Origin: a virus
Lineage: Duplodnaviria; Caudoviricetes
Direction: 5' to 3' (one strand)
IMG/VR virus record: IMGVR_UViG_3300035208_003026
Span: 1 to 64,000 of that record
Length of the DNA stretch: 64,000 bases
Shown: positions 47,034-56,570 of the stretch, one piece after another
Numbering within the stretch: the first letter of the stretch is position 1
Layout of the letters: every line of letters starts with the position of its first letter
Notes under the pieces: model-generated
Seen by the model: the letters and a program-made list of their open reading frames with translations, nothing else
Told to the model about the DNA's origin: nothing
Database searches by the model: none
Position numbers and translations under genes: made by a program

Positions 47034-47768
47034 ATGAGAGATATCAAGGGAGCATTCCAGAGAACTGGTGAGATTAGCCGTGAAGCATCTAAAACTTCTG
47101 TTTGGCTTGAAGACTTTGCTGAGCAAATGGCTCTCAAGGAACAAGTTACAAAGAATGCGAGGCTTACAAAAGAAGCTCGTGCTGTAACTGCTGTTGAGGT
47201 TGCGCGCAATCAGCGTACACAGGCCCAACCAAGCATCTATGAAATGATGTCAGCAATTGTCTCTGGTAATAAGCCAAAGTTCAGTTCTGTAGAAGAGGCT
47301 GTAAAGGATTATCAGGAACGTACTGGCTTAGCACAATATCTAAAAGCACAAGAAGATGATAGAATGGCAGCTTATGCGGCTCTTGTTGTAGCACAAGCCG
47401 AAGAACCAATTGTAGATAATAATATTCCAATTTTAGATAATAAACTTCAGCCTATTGGTCCTGCAACAAATGAAGGTCATCCTGTTGGTCCTGCTACGAA
47501 TATCGGAGCACCTGTCGGTCCTGCCACAAATACAGCTGATAAAATGTCAGCTGATGATGGTGAAGATGAAGATGAAGAGGATGAGGATGAGGATGAAGAC
47601 GACAAAGATGAGGACGAAAAGGAAGAGTCCAAGTCTAAAAAAGATAAAGATGAAGACGAGGATGAGGAAGAAGAGGACGAAGAAGACGATGATGAGGATG
47701 ATTGCAAAACATCTCTCGCTGCCATAATTCGTCAATTTAGACTTGAGACTTTAAAAAAAAAAGTCTAG
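47034..47768 (+). CDS. hypothetical protein with GPATN repeats and poly-D/E tract; possibly extended by -1 frameshift
   Basis: GAGGA RBS; ends LKKKV on an A10 run. Confidence 0.65.
   Translation: MRDIKGAFQRTGEISREASKTSVWLEDFAEQMALKEQVTKNARLTKEARAVTAVEVARNQRTQAQPSIYEMMSAIVSGNKPKFSSVEEAVKDYQERTGLAQYLKAQEDDRMAAYAALVVAQAEEPIVDNNIPILDNKLQPIGPATNEGHPVGPATNIGAPVGPATNTADKMSADDGEDEDEEDEDEDEDDKDEDEKEESKSKKDKDEDEDEEEEDEEDDDEDDCKTSLAAIIRQFRLETLKKKV
47451..47531 (+). repeat. three 30-nt coding repeats (P[IV]GPATN)
   Basis: CCTATTGGTCCTGCAACAAAT / CCTGTTGGTCCTGCTACGAAT / CCTGTCGGTCCTGCCACAAAT. Confidence 0.8.
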
Positions 47769-47872
47769 CCGAAGCTGACACCAATAATGTTGAATGGAAT
47801 GAAGAAAAACAAAGGTTAGAATCCTTTAGTGATGAAGATAGTGATGAAGCGGATGATAAGCCAGAGCTTGTC

Positions 47873-48178
47873 ATGAAGAATCCTTCTATTGAGCACTTTA
47901 TAATAAACATCATTGATACAAATCACGGCATTCAAGTACCAGCTTTGTTACACAGTTTAGTTGAGACATTTGCCCGTGATGGTGTATCTCAATCTGTGTT
48001 TTCTGATAAGCCTCTTTTAAATTGGATCAATAAAAAGCTTATGAATAAGCAACATATTAAAGAGGAAATCCCTTCACAGATTGGACGTGGAGTTGGTACT
48101 CATGTAGATTACTCTGGAGAAAAAGACTCAAATAGAGATCCTTTTGTACTCTTAGTTCCTGATAGGGGTATATTCTAA
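47873..48178 (+). CDS. hypothetical protein or frameshift extension of the 47034 gene
   Basis: frame open back to 47750; no clear SD before ATG 47873. Confidence 0.55.
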   Translation: MKNPSIEHFIINIIDTNHGIQVPALLHSLVETFARDGVSQSVFSDKPLLNWINKKLMNKQHIKEEIPSQIGRGVGTHVDYSGEKDSNRDPFVLLVPDRGIF

Positions 48179-48243
48179 TCAAAATATACTCATTTGTCTG
48201 TATATTTCTGTGATATAGGTATATTAAGACGAATGAGGATTAT

Positions 48244-51200
48244 ATGAAGTCTCCGGCTTCAACTTACAACGAACTATTTTATCAATTTCAAGACTCTCTT
48301 TTCCGAATGGACCCTGTGTACTTCTGTGCGAAGTATTTAAAGGTTGACGGAAAACCATTAGATTTAATTGGAACTGGGTATAAGCCGTTTCAAGACATTT
48401 ATAGATACATAGGCATTTCCGCAATGGAGAAGAACTCTAAACCAATTGTTATGGTTAAGGGTCGTCAGGTGGGTGCTACAACAATGGCTGCAGCTTTGGA
48501 GTGTTACTTCATAGGTTGTAACCGTTTTGGTACTTATGGTCGTTCACCAATGCGTATGATGCATTTGTTCCCCACATTATCTTTGGCGGCAGCGTATACA
48601 AAAGACAAGCTTGATCCTATGATTGGACAAGCCGCCCCTGTTCCAGGAACGCTCAAGAAGAACGGTCTTCCAAAATCTTTCATGGAGAACATCTTTGATT
48701 CAAGTTCTCCAGCAAATGATTCTATGCACTTTAAGAAGTTCATGCATGGAAATCAGATTTGGATTGAATCTACTGGTCTAGACGGTGACCGTGTGAGAGG
48801 TCGTCTTCTTAATTTAGAAACAGAATTACCAACACCAACTGGATTTATTAAACTAAAAGATCTTAAAGAAGGGGATGATTTATTTGATGATAAAGGTGAT
48901 GTGTGTAAGTGTATTAAGTTACATCCAATACGTAAATCTCCAGAATCTTATAAAGTAACATTTGATGATGGAACAACAGTGGATGCTTGTGCGGATCATT
49001 TATGGTTAACATACACAAAAAAAGATAGAAATGTAGAAAGTCGAAATAATTACAAATTAAGAAGAAGAATTATTCGTAGAGAACAGGGGAAAGAATACAA
49101 ACCTTTTTTGGAACGTATTAATCGCATATCACAACCCACTGTAAAAACAACTAAAGAAATTTTGGAAACTCTAAAATGTGGTATAGAATATAATCATTCT
49201 ATACCTATAATTCCTTTTGCTAAATATTCAGAAAAGGAATTACTTATAGACCCTTATATTTTAGGAGCTTGGCTTGGTGATGGGACAAGTATTAGTGGTA
49301 TCATTACTAGTGCTGATCCGGAAATTTTTGAAGGTTATGATTATCACTTAATTCCATCAAGTGAAAATGTTTATAATAAAAACGCTTTTAGTAAGGATGG
49401 GTATTCTAAATCAAATAATTACAGAATATCAGGCTTAACATCCAAATTAAGAAAGTTAAACCTCCTTAATAATAAACATATTCCTGATATTTATCTAAAA
49501 TCTTCTTATGAACAAAGATTAGCATTACTCCAAGGATTAATGGATACGGATGGATGTTGTTATAAAGATGGGAGATGCGAATTTACCCAAATAGTTGATA
49601 GAAAAACTTTAGTATTTCAAATAAAAGAACTAATTAGCAGTCTTGGTATAAAATGTAGAATTAAAAGAAAAAAAAGTCTGAGATATAATGTAAGATATAA
49701 AGATAAATATCAAATACTTTTCATAACAACAAAACCTGTTTTTAGATTAGATAGAAAACTAAAACATCAAAAAAATAATAGTAATACAAAACAAAATCAT
49801 AGATTTATAAGATCGATAGAACCAATAGAATCGGTTTCAATGCGATGCATTACTGTAGATAGTCCTTCTAGTTTGTATCTTATTACTAGATCATATATCG
49901 CAACACATAATACTTGTGATTGTGTAATGTTTGATGAGTGTTTTCCATATAATCAATTAATTGATACAAATATTGGTAAAATAAAGATTGGTAAGGTTGT
50001 CGATTTGTTTAACAAAGGACAAGCGCCACTTGTTAATACATATAATGAAAGTTCTGATATTTTTGAATACAAACAAATAACTAATTCATGGAATAGGGGA
50101 AAGCGTAAACTTATTCAAGTACAATTAAATAATAGAAAGATTAAATGTACACAAAACCATCCATTTTTAACAACAAAAGGATGGGTAAAAGCAAAAGATC
50201 TTGTTTCTGGAAATCTTGTTTTAACATCCCCAACAGAAGCTATACAAATTAGTAAACAACTAAATAGTGATCAGTATCAAATTGTTTTAGGATCATTTCT
50301 TGGTGATGGTCATATTTCAAAACATGGTCAGAGTCGTTACAGATTATGCGAACGACATGGAATTGATCAATCAGAATATTGTTTATGGAAAGCATCAATG
50401 TTTGGAGCAAAAACAACCATTATTGACCATAATGGCTTTTCTGGTAAACCAGCTATTTTCTTTGAAACAAAACTCTTTGGACTAGAAAAAGATTTTCCAA
50501 AAACAAAAACATCTTGTCCTCAATGGGTGTTAGATGATCTTGATGAACGTGGTTTAGCTATTTGGTTTATGGATGATGGTACTAAAAGAGGAGTTATAAG
50601 CACTTGTTCTTTTGATGAGGATAGCCAAACTAGAATTGTCAACAAGTTAAAATCTTTTGGTATTGATTGTGAATATAGATCATATAATGTTAAAAGTAAA
50701 AATACTAAGTATTTTTCAATATATCTTTCATCAAATGGTTATAACAAAATTTGTAGCATTATAAGTAAATATATTCATCAAGAAATGTCATATAAAATAT
50801 CAACTGACATTTGTGAACAATACAATTGGAATAGTTCTTATAAATCATCTGGTCTTATTCCTGTTAAATCTATAAATTTTCTAAATGAAGAAGTCGAAGT
50901 ATATGATATAGAAGTTAAAGATAACCACAATTTTATTGCTTGTTCTGTATGTAATGCGAAAGACAATTCAGGAATTATTGTTCATAATTGCCAGGATATG
51001 AATGACCTCGCTATTGGTGCTGCTACTAAGATTTTAGCTAAGTCCAATTACGGAACAACAGGTCAGGGTCTTCAAGTATACTTTGGAACACCAAAAACTA
51101 AAGGCGGTTCATACTGGGAAATGTGGAAAAACTCTTCCCAACAGTATTTCCATCTGCGTTGTGAGAAATGTGGATCTTACTTTCCGCTTTATCGTCCAGA

Positions 51201-52269
51201 TACCAATTGGGAAGATGTTTGGATTTATGGCATGACTGTTCGCTGCACGGATTGTGCGCATGAGCAGGATAAGAATGAAGCTGTTGAACGTGGTAAATGG
51301 ATTCCATTGAATAATCCTGATGAATGTGACTTTGTTGGTTATCACTTTAACCAATTATATATTCCAACCTTTACCAGAGAAACAATTATTAAAGCCAAGC
51401 CTGACCGTTCACCGATTAATACTGAACGCGTTTATATGAATGAGGTTCTTGGTGAATTTTATGATGGTGAGGGTGGAACCATTACAACCGAACAGATTAG
51501 AACCAAGTGTATTGATAAAGATCGTAGAATGGTTAAATACATTCATTCTGATTCTGGTAAGCGCGTCTATGCTGGATTCGACTGGGGTCAAAGAGGTGCC
51601 CTTGAACAGCTGTCTGGACGTGGTGGAAAGAAAGGTTCTTATTCTTGTGCTGTTATTCTTACAGCTCAAGATAATATATTTAACATAGAATTTGCTACTC
51701 GTCTTATGAAAGCCGATCCTGAGACAAAAGAAGGAGCAGTTGAAGAGATGTTCCGCAGATATAACATGACATTAGCAATAGGTGATATTGGTGATGCTTA
51801 TGATTTAACTCACAGAATGCAAAGAACTTATGATGAAAGATTCTTAGCATCTCGTGCTCAACACAGAGTTATTGGTCATGTTAAATATTCAGCAGATGAA
51901 TGGCCAAAGACAATTGTATTTGAGAAAGATTATTACATTGGTGAACTTCTTGGTTTGTTAAAAGAAGGTAGAATAAAGTTTCCTGGAGGTCATCATCATA
52001 AAGTTGAATGGCTAATTGAACACTGTGCATCAATGGATATTAAAGTAACCAAAGATAAATCTGGTGAACCTTTAAAGAAGTATGTGAAAGGTTCAGGAGC
52101 AAACGATGGTTTGATGGCATTGCTTAATGCATATTTAGCTTGGAAATTTGATGTAACACAAGGATTTAGCATAGCAAACCCTCTGCACATGAAATATGAA
52201 ATTGCAACAGAGGCTCATCCAATTCAGGCGGTTATTGGATATATTCCTAGAATGAACGGACGCCGATGA
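48244..52269 (+). CDS. terL: terminase large subunit (GpA-like) with two inteins
   Basis: KGRQVGATT, RG...MFDE Walker B, FGTPK, CEKC/CTDC zinc ribbon, GYHFNQLY, NEVLGE, AGFDWG. Confidence 0.88.
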   Translation: MKSPASTYNELFYQFQDSLFRMDPVYFCAKYLKVDGKPLDLIGTGYKPFQDIYRYIGISAMEKNSKPIVMVKGRQVGATTMAAALECYFIGCNRFGTYGRSPMRMMHLFPTLSLAAAYTKDKLDPMIGQAAPVPGTLKKNGLPKSFMENIFDSSSPANDSMHFKKFMHGNQIWIESTGLDGDRVRGRLLNLETELPTPTGFIKLKDLKEGDDLFDDKGDVCKCIKLHPIRKSPESYKVTFDDGTTVDACADHLWLTYTKKDRNVESRNNYKLRRRIIRREQGKEYKPFLERINRISQPTVKTTKEILETLKCGIEYNHSIPIIPFAKYSEKELLIDPYILGAWLGDGTSISGIITSADPEIFEGYDYHLIPSSENVYNKNAFSKDGYSKSNNYRISGLTSKLRKLNLLNNKHIPDIYLKSSYEQRLALLQGLMDTDGCCYKDGRCEFTQIVDRKTLVFQIKELISSLGIKCRIKRKKSLRYNVRYKDKYQILFITTKPVFRLDRKLKHQKNNSNTKQNHRFIRSIEPIESVSMRCITVDSPSSLYLITRSYIATHNTCDCVMFDECFPYNQLIDTNIGKIKIGKVVDLFNKGQAPLVNTYNESSDIFEYKQITNSWNRGKRKLIQVQLNNRKIKCTQNHPFLTTKGWVKAKDLVSGNLVLTSPTEAIQISKQLNSDQYQIVLGSFLGDGHISKHGQSRYRLCERHGIDQSEYCLWKASMFGAKTTIIDHNGFSGKPAIFFETKLFGLEKDFPKTKTSCPQWVLDDLDERGLAIWFMDDGTKRGVISTCSFDEDSQTRIVNKLKSFGIDCEYRSYNVKSKNTKYFSIYLSSNGYNKICSIISKYIHQEMSYKISTDICEQYNWNSSYKSSGLIPVKSINFLNEEVEVYDIEVKDNHNFIACSVCNAKDNSGIIVHNCQDMNDLAIGAATKILAKSNYGTTGQGLQVYFGTPKTKGGSYWEMWKNSSQQYFHLRCEKCGSYFPLYRPDTNWEDVWIYGMTVRCTDCAHEQDKNEAVERGKWIPLNNPDECDFVGYHFNQLYIPTFTRETIIKAKPDRSPINTERVYMNEVLGEFYDGEGGTITTEQIRTKCIDKDRRMVKYIHSDSGKRVYAGFDWGQRGALEQLSGRGGKKGSYSCAVILTAQDNIFNIEFATRLMKADPETKEGAVEEMFRRYNMTLAIGDIGDAYDLTHRMQRTYDERFLASRAQHRVIGHVKYSADEWPKTIVFEKDYYIGELLGLLKEGRIKFPGGHHHKVEWLIEHCASMDIKVTKDKSGEPLKKYVKGSGANDGLMALLNAYLAWKFDVTQGFSIANPLHMKYEIATEAHPIQAVIGYIPRMNGRR
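48805..49911 (+). other. class-3 intein with LAGLIDADG domain (369 aa, Leu1)
   Basis: LLNLETELPTPTG; DHLW; MRCITV; THN/T; LGAWLGDG and LQGLMDTDG. Confidence 0.85.
49939..50988 (+). other. intein with LAGLIDADG domain (350 aa)
   Basis: CFPYNQLI; CTQNHPF; LGSFLGDG, WFMDDG; VYDIEV..VHN/C. Confidence 0.88.
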
Positions 52270-52279
52270 TATAGAGGGA

Positions 52280-55200
52280 ATGATGGTAGATATTAATAAC
52301 AACATTACTAGGGCCGAACAGCTTATTGCTCAGAACAAAGAGAAACAAGCTCGCTCATCTGAAATTATGAGAAAGCGTGCGGCTATTGCTGGAACGCCTG
52401 AAGTAAACAATCGTATGGCCAGATCTGTATCTGATGAACGCAGAGAAATTATGGAGATGCAGTTAGATGCTGGGGAATTTAGAGAACAAGGTTCTGGATT
52501 TGCCCCGACCTCTCGTGGTGATTCTCCTGATAAGATTAGAATGATTCAGACACAAGCCGGCGTGGTTTCCCACAATGGTAGAGGTTTATACAAAATGGGT
52601 TCTGGTTCAGGAAATGTAACCAGTACATCTTCAGGTTGGAGAGGATCAAATGACTCAACTAGACAGGTTCCAGAAGTTTATTCACCACTGTGGCTTAATT
52701 CTAACCTAAATCTACCTCGTGATCGTCCCACAATCAACGCATGGAGTCGTTCATTCTTTGCACTAAATCCAATTGTGCATAATGCTATTTCACTCCATTC
52801 AACATATCCAATTGCTAAGCTTAATATCAAGTCAAAGAACCCTAAAGTTGAGAAGTTCTTTGCTCAGATGATTGAAGAAATCGACTTGATGAACATGGCT
52901 GTCTTGGCTGCTCAAGAGTACTGGATTCTTGGAGAGGCTTTCATTTACGCAGAACTAGATGAATCTGCTGGTAAATGGAGTCGTCTAATGATTCTCAATC
53001 CAGACTATGTAAACGTTCAGCGTAACGTAATTGCTGCAGAACCTATTATCTCTCTTCGTCCTGATGAGAATCTCAGACGTGTAGTTCATGGTAATCAACC
53101 ATCTGATCTGCAACAACGTAAACAATTGGATCCAAGCATTGTTGAGCACGTTAGAAAGAATGAGGACATTCCTTTAAATAACTTCTATGTTCATCACATG
53201 GCTCGCCGCATTTCTCCTTATGAGATTCGTGGAACCGGTCTTGTTGTAAGTTGTTTTAGAGCTTTGATGCTCTGGGATAAATTGCGTGAATGTTATGGGA
53301 CGGAACACGAGGTTTTAACACAAGATGGATGGAAAACAATTTTCGATATTATTGAAATCAATAAAGAAGATGTTACCCCAAATCGTCTAAAGACGGTAGG
53401 TGTAGATTACGATGAGAATGGTAATGTGCATGGAGTAATTACTCTCAAGAAAGGAGTAAAAGTTGCGCAATTCAATCCTGAGACAGAAGAGTTAGAATTT
53501 GTAGAGCCAGAAGAACTTCATATGTCTCGTTATCAGGGAAAGATGTTACATTTTTCTGGTAAAAAAGTTGATGCATTAGTTACGCCAAACCACAAGATGT
53601 GGGTTGCTCAAAGACATGGTAATGAATATGGAAATTTCGAAAAAATTCCAGCTTCTCAAATTAAAAAACAGAAACCATACAAACTACAAGGAACTGTAAA
53701 ATGGACCGGAAAAGATGTTGAATCTGTTAACATTCTGGATAAAAATATTCCAATTAATGAATACCTGAAGTTTATTGGATATGTAATTTCAGAAGGTTGT
53801 GTTGATACTTCAACAGTAAAATCAACAGGATATCAAAGAGGTAGAATTGCTCTCTCTCAGTTAACATCTTCCGATTGTACAGAAGATATGAAACAATCTA
53901 TTAGGAAGTTTGCTTCATATTTTGATTATACACCAACTGAAGAAATTAAGGTTAGAGGTTCTGGTTTCTCTAAAGATACTCCAAAAGAAGCTTGGATTGG
54001 AACCATCTCAAATAAAAAGATTACTAACTTTATCCATGACGAGATTGGGATTGATGGATACTGTGATTCAAGATATAAGAAAATACCAAGATGGGTACTA
54101 CAACTTTCACCAAATCGCTTGAAAGTTATTCTTGATGCTCTTGTTGCTGGTGATGGTAATGTAGAAAAAATTAAAGATGGGTTTTCTTATAGGTATTTCA
54201 CTATTAGTAAGCAACTTGCAGATGATGTTCAGGAAATTGCTTTTAAGTGTGGATATGCTGTAAATATTTTAGAAAGACAAAGAGAAACTTGTTTAGAATT
54301 TACGGTAACTTGGTCTGATGGTATTCGTGGTCGAAATCCAATTATTCATCATAATGGTAAAGGGGCTTCTATTGAAGAAGAAGATTATGATGGTATTGTT
54401 TGGTGTCTCGGAATGCCAAGTGGTCTGTTTCCAACGAGACATAATGGTAAATTAACCATATTAGGCAATTCAAAGTATGCGCAAGCCGATAATATGGTCA
54501 ACCCTCTTACTCTTGTAAAGATTGGTAACCAAGATTTCCGTCCTACACCAATCGACTTAGAGCATTGGAGAAACGTATTTGAAGAATGCCATGATGAAGA
54601 AACGGAAGTTTTAACAGATCATGGGTTTATGAAATACGATGAGGCTATAGATATAAGCTCTGTATTTGAAGAGGGAACTAATAAGTTAGTTTCAAATCCA
54701 AAAAACAATATAAAGATTGCTTGTTTTAATCCTGATACAGAAGAATTAGAATATCATTTCCCAATAGAATCACATGTATATGAACATAATGGTGAAATGC
54801 ATCATTATCATAATAATAAGATTGATATTAAAGTAACTCCAAGTCACAACATGTGGATACAGAAAAAGATATTCACTGGTACTGGTAAAGAAAGAGTTTC
54901 AAAATGGGGAGAATGGCAAAAAACAAAATCCAAAGACATGATTTTTGATTGTAGATTTAGAACTAATTTGAATTGGGTTGGTAATGATTCTGTACAATCA
55001 ATTAATGTTATTGGTAAAGAAGTTCCTATTGAATTATATTTAGAATATTTAGGATATCTTATTAGTGAGGGATGTTTATATACAGATAATAAAAGTCAGC
55101 ATACTATAGGTATAACTCAAACTATCATACGAAAATATGGTCAAGATAACTCTGAAAAATATAACAAAATAAGTTCTTGTATGAAATTGATGTCAGAATT

Positions 55201-56503
55201 TATTGAAAAATCATATTCTGAGAAAATTGTAAAAAGAGAAGATTGTGGACAAGAAGTTGTTTGGGATGGTATTTTTTGTGGAAAAGATCTTTTCCAATAT
55301 TTTGTTAAAGAGATTGGTACTGATGGAGAATACAAATCCAAACATAAAAGAATTCCTAGGTGGGTATTAGATCTGAGTCCAAGACTGTTAAATATCTTAA
55401 TAGATGCATTAGTTCTTGGAGATGGTGGGGTTAATGGTACGTATGGGTATTGTTATTACACCTCTAGCAAGCAATTAGCTGATGATGTTTATGAAGCTGT
55501 ATATAAAGTTGGTTACGCGCCAACAATGTTTAAGCGTAATCAAGTGTATACAATTCAATGGTCTAAAACAAATATTGGAGAATTTCCTCTTGTTAATAAG
55601 TATTCTACAGACCCAAGAACTAAAGAGAAAACAGAATTAGTATCTAGTGTTGATTATAAAGGAAAGGTATGGTGTTTTACTGTTCCAACTGGACTTTTTG
55701 TTACCAGAAGAAATGGTAAAATCACAATTCAAGGAAATTGTCAGTATGATAAGGATTTCAAAATCTTTACTCATGATGCTATTTCTGTTGAGCGCGTAGG
55801 TTATGGCCAGGGTATCTATGATACTTCCAATGATGTATCACAACTTATTAAAGAAATCTATATTGGTTTGATGGTTCCATCAGTTATTATGGATGGTTCT
55901 GATACTACGTATGCAACAGGTTCTGTTGCTCTTGATGTTCTTCGTCAAAGGTATATGCAGTTCCGTCAGATGATGACGTCCTGGTTGAAGCGTAAGATTT
56001 TTGCTCCTATTTCTCAAATCAATGATTTCTATGAGTATATTGATGGTGAGAAAACCCTTATTGTACCAGAGGTTGATTGGAATCACATGTCTCTATTCGA
56101 TATGGATTCTTACATCAATAACATGGTTAACCTATCGCAGGGTGAAGGCGTTCAGAAGCGTGTATCGTTACAGACATTGTACAGGTCTCTTGGATTAGAA
56201 TACGAAGAGGAACAGCGTAAGATTCGTTACGAAGATATTCAGGATGCTATTCGTACTCGTGAAGTTGCTGCGATGCAAAGATATAATATTCATGAGCTTA
56301 AATCTCTTGGTCCGGGTGATGAGATTGATGAAGTTGCTGATGAGCCAGTGCCAGGACAAAGTCCATACGAACCGCCTACAAGTGGTGGTGGACCTGCCGG
56401 TGGTGCTTTATCTATGCCAGGAATGCCTCCAATGCCAGGTGGTAGGCCAGCAGGTGCTCCACCTCCATCACCAATTGGTGGTACTAAGCCAGGTCCAGTT
56501 TGA
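52280..56503 (+). CDS. portal protein (putative) with two inteins
   Basis: directly after terL; NPIVHNAI..H, EYWILGEAF, ILNPDYV, RGTG, Pro/Gly tail. Confidence 0.75.
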   Translation: MMVDINNNITRAEQLIAQNKEKQARSSEIMRKRAAIAGTPEVNNRMARSVSDERREIMEMQLDAGEFREQGSGFAPTSRGDSPDKIRMIQTQAGVVSHNGRGLYKMGSGSGNVTSTSSGWRGSNDSTRQVPEVYSPLWLNSNLNLPRDRPTINAWSRSFFALNPIVHNAISLHSTYPIAKLNIKSKNPKVEKFFAQMIEEIDLMNMAVLAAQEYWILGEAFIYAELDESAGKWSRLMILNPDYVNVQRNVIAAEPIISLRPDENLRRVVHGNQPSDLQQRKQLDPSIVEHVRKNEDIPLNNFYVHHMARRISPYEIRGTGLVVSCFRALMLWDKLRECYGTEHEVLTQDGWKTIFDIIEINKEDVTPNRLKTVGVDYDENGNVHGVITLKKGVKVAQFNPETEELEFVEPEELHMSRYQGKMLHFSGKKVDALVTPNHKMWVAQRHGNEYGNFEKIPASQIKKQKPYKLQGTVKWTGKDVESVNILDKNIPINEYLKFIGYVISEGCVDTSTVKSTGYQRGRIALSQLTSSDCTEDMKQSIRKFASYFDYTPTEEIKVRGSGFSKDTPKEAWIGTISNKKITNFIHDEIGIDGYCDSRYKKIPRWVLQLSPNRLKVILDALVAGDGNVEKIKDGFSYRYFTISKQLADDVQEIAFKCGYAVNILERQRETCLEFTVTWSDGIRGRNPIIHHNGKGASIEEEDYDGIVWCLGMPSGLFPTRHNGKLTILGNSKYAQADNMVNPLTLVKIGNQDFRPTPIDLEHWRNVFEECHDEETEVLTDHGFMKYDEAIDISSVFEEGTNKLVSNPKNNIKIACFNPDTEELEYHFPIESHVYEHNGEMHHYHNNKIDIKVTPSHNMWIQKKIFTGTGKERVSKWGEWQKTKSKDMIFDCRFRTNLNWVGNDSVQSINVIGKEVPIELYLEYLGYLISEGCLYTDNKSQHTIGITQTIIRKYGQDNSEKYNKISSCMKLMSEFIEKSYSEKIVKREDCGQEVVWDGIFCGKDLFQYFVKEIGTDGEYKSKHKRIPRWVLDLSPRLLNILIDALVLGDGGVNGTYGYCYYTSSKQLADDVYEAVYKVGYAPTMFKRNQVYTIQWSKTNIGEFPLVNKYSTDPRTKEKTELVSSVDYKGKVWCFTVPTGLFVTRRNGKITIQGNCQYDKDFKIFTHDAISVERVGYGQGIYDTSNDVSQLIKEIYIGLMVPSVIMDGSDTTYATGSVALDVLRQRYMQFRQMMTSWLKRKIFAPISQINDFYEYIDGEKTLIVPEVDWNHMSLFDMDSYINNMVNLSQGEGVQKRVSLQTLYRSLGLEYEEEQRKIRYEDIQDAIRTREVAAMQRYNIHELKSLGPGDEIDEVADEPVPGQSPYEPPTSGGGPAGGALSMPGMPPMPGGRPAGAPPPSPIGGTKPGPV
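53291..54469 (+). other. intein with LAGLIDADG domain (393 aa)
   Basis: CYGTEHEVLT; VTPNHKM; IGYVISEG, DALVAGDG; VWC..ILGN/S. Confidence 0.85.
54587..55738 (+). other. intein with LAGLIDADG domain (384 aa)
   Basis: CHDEETEVLT; VTPSHNM; LGYLISEG, DALVLGDG; VWC..IQGN/C. Confidence 0.85.
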
Positions 56504-56570
56504 TTTAAAGCCAGCGCATATTTTGGCTTCTTAGAGAACGAGCGTTAAGAGCGTTTAGTGAGGATTAACT

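Noticed and set aside
47451-47702. 30-nt repeats and GAT/GAA/GAG tract as a CRISPR-like or non-coding array
   Set aside because: In-frame coding repeats with synonymous variation and no unique spacers.
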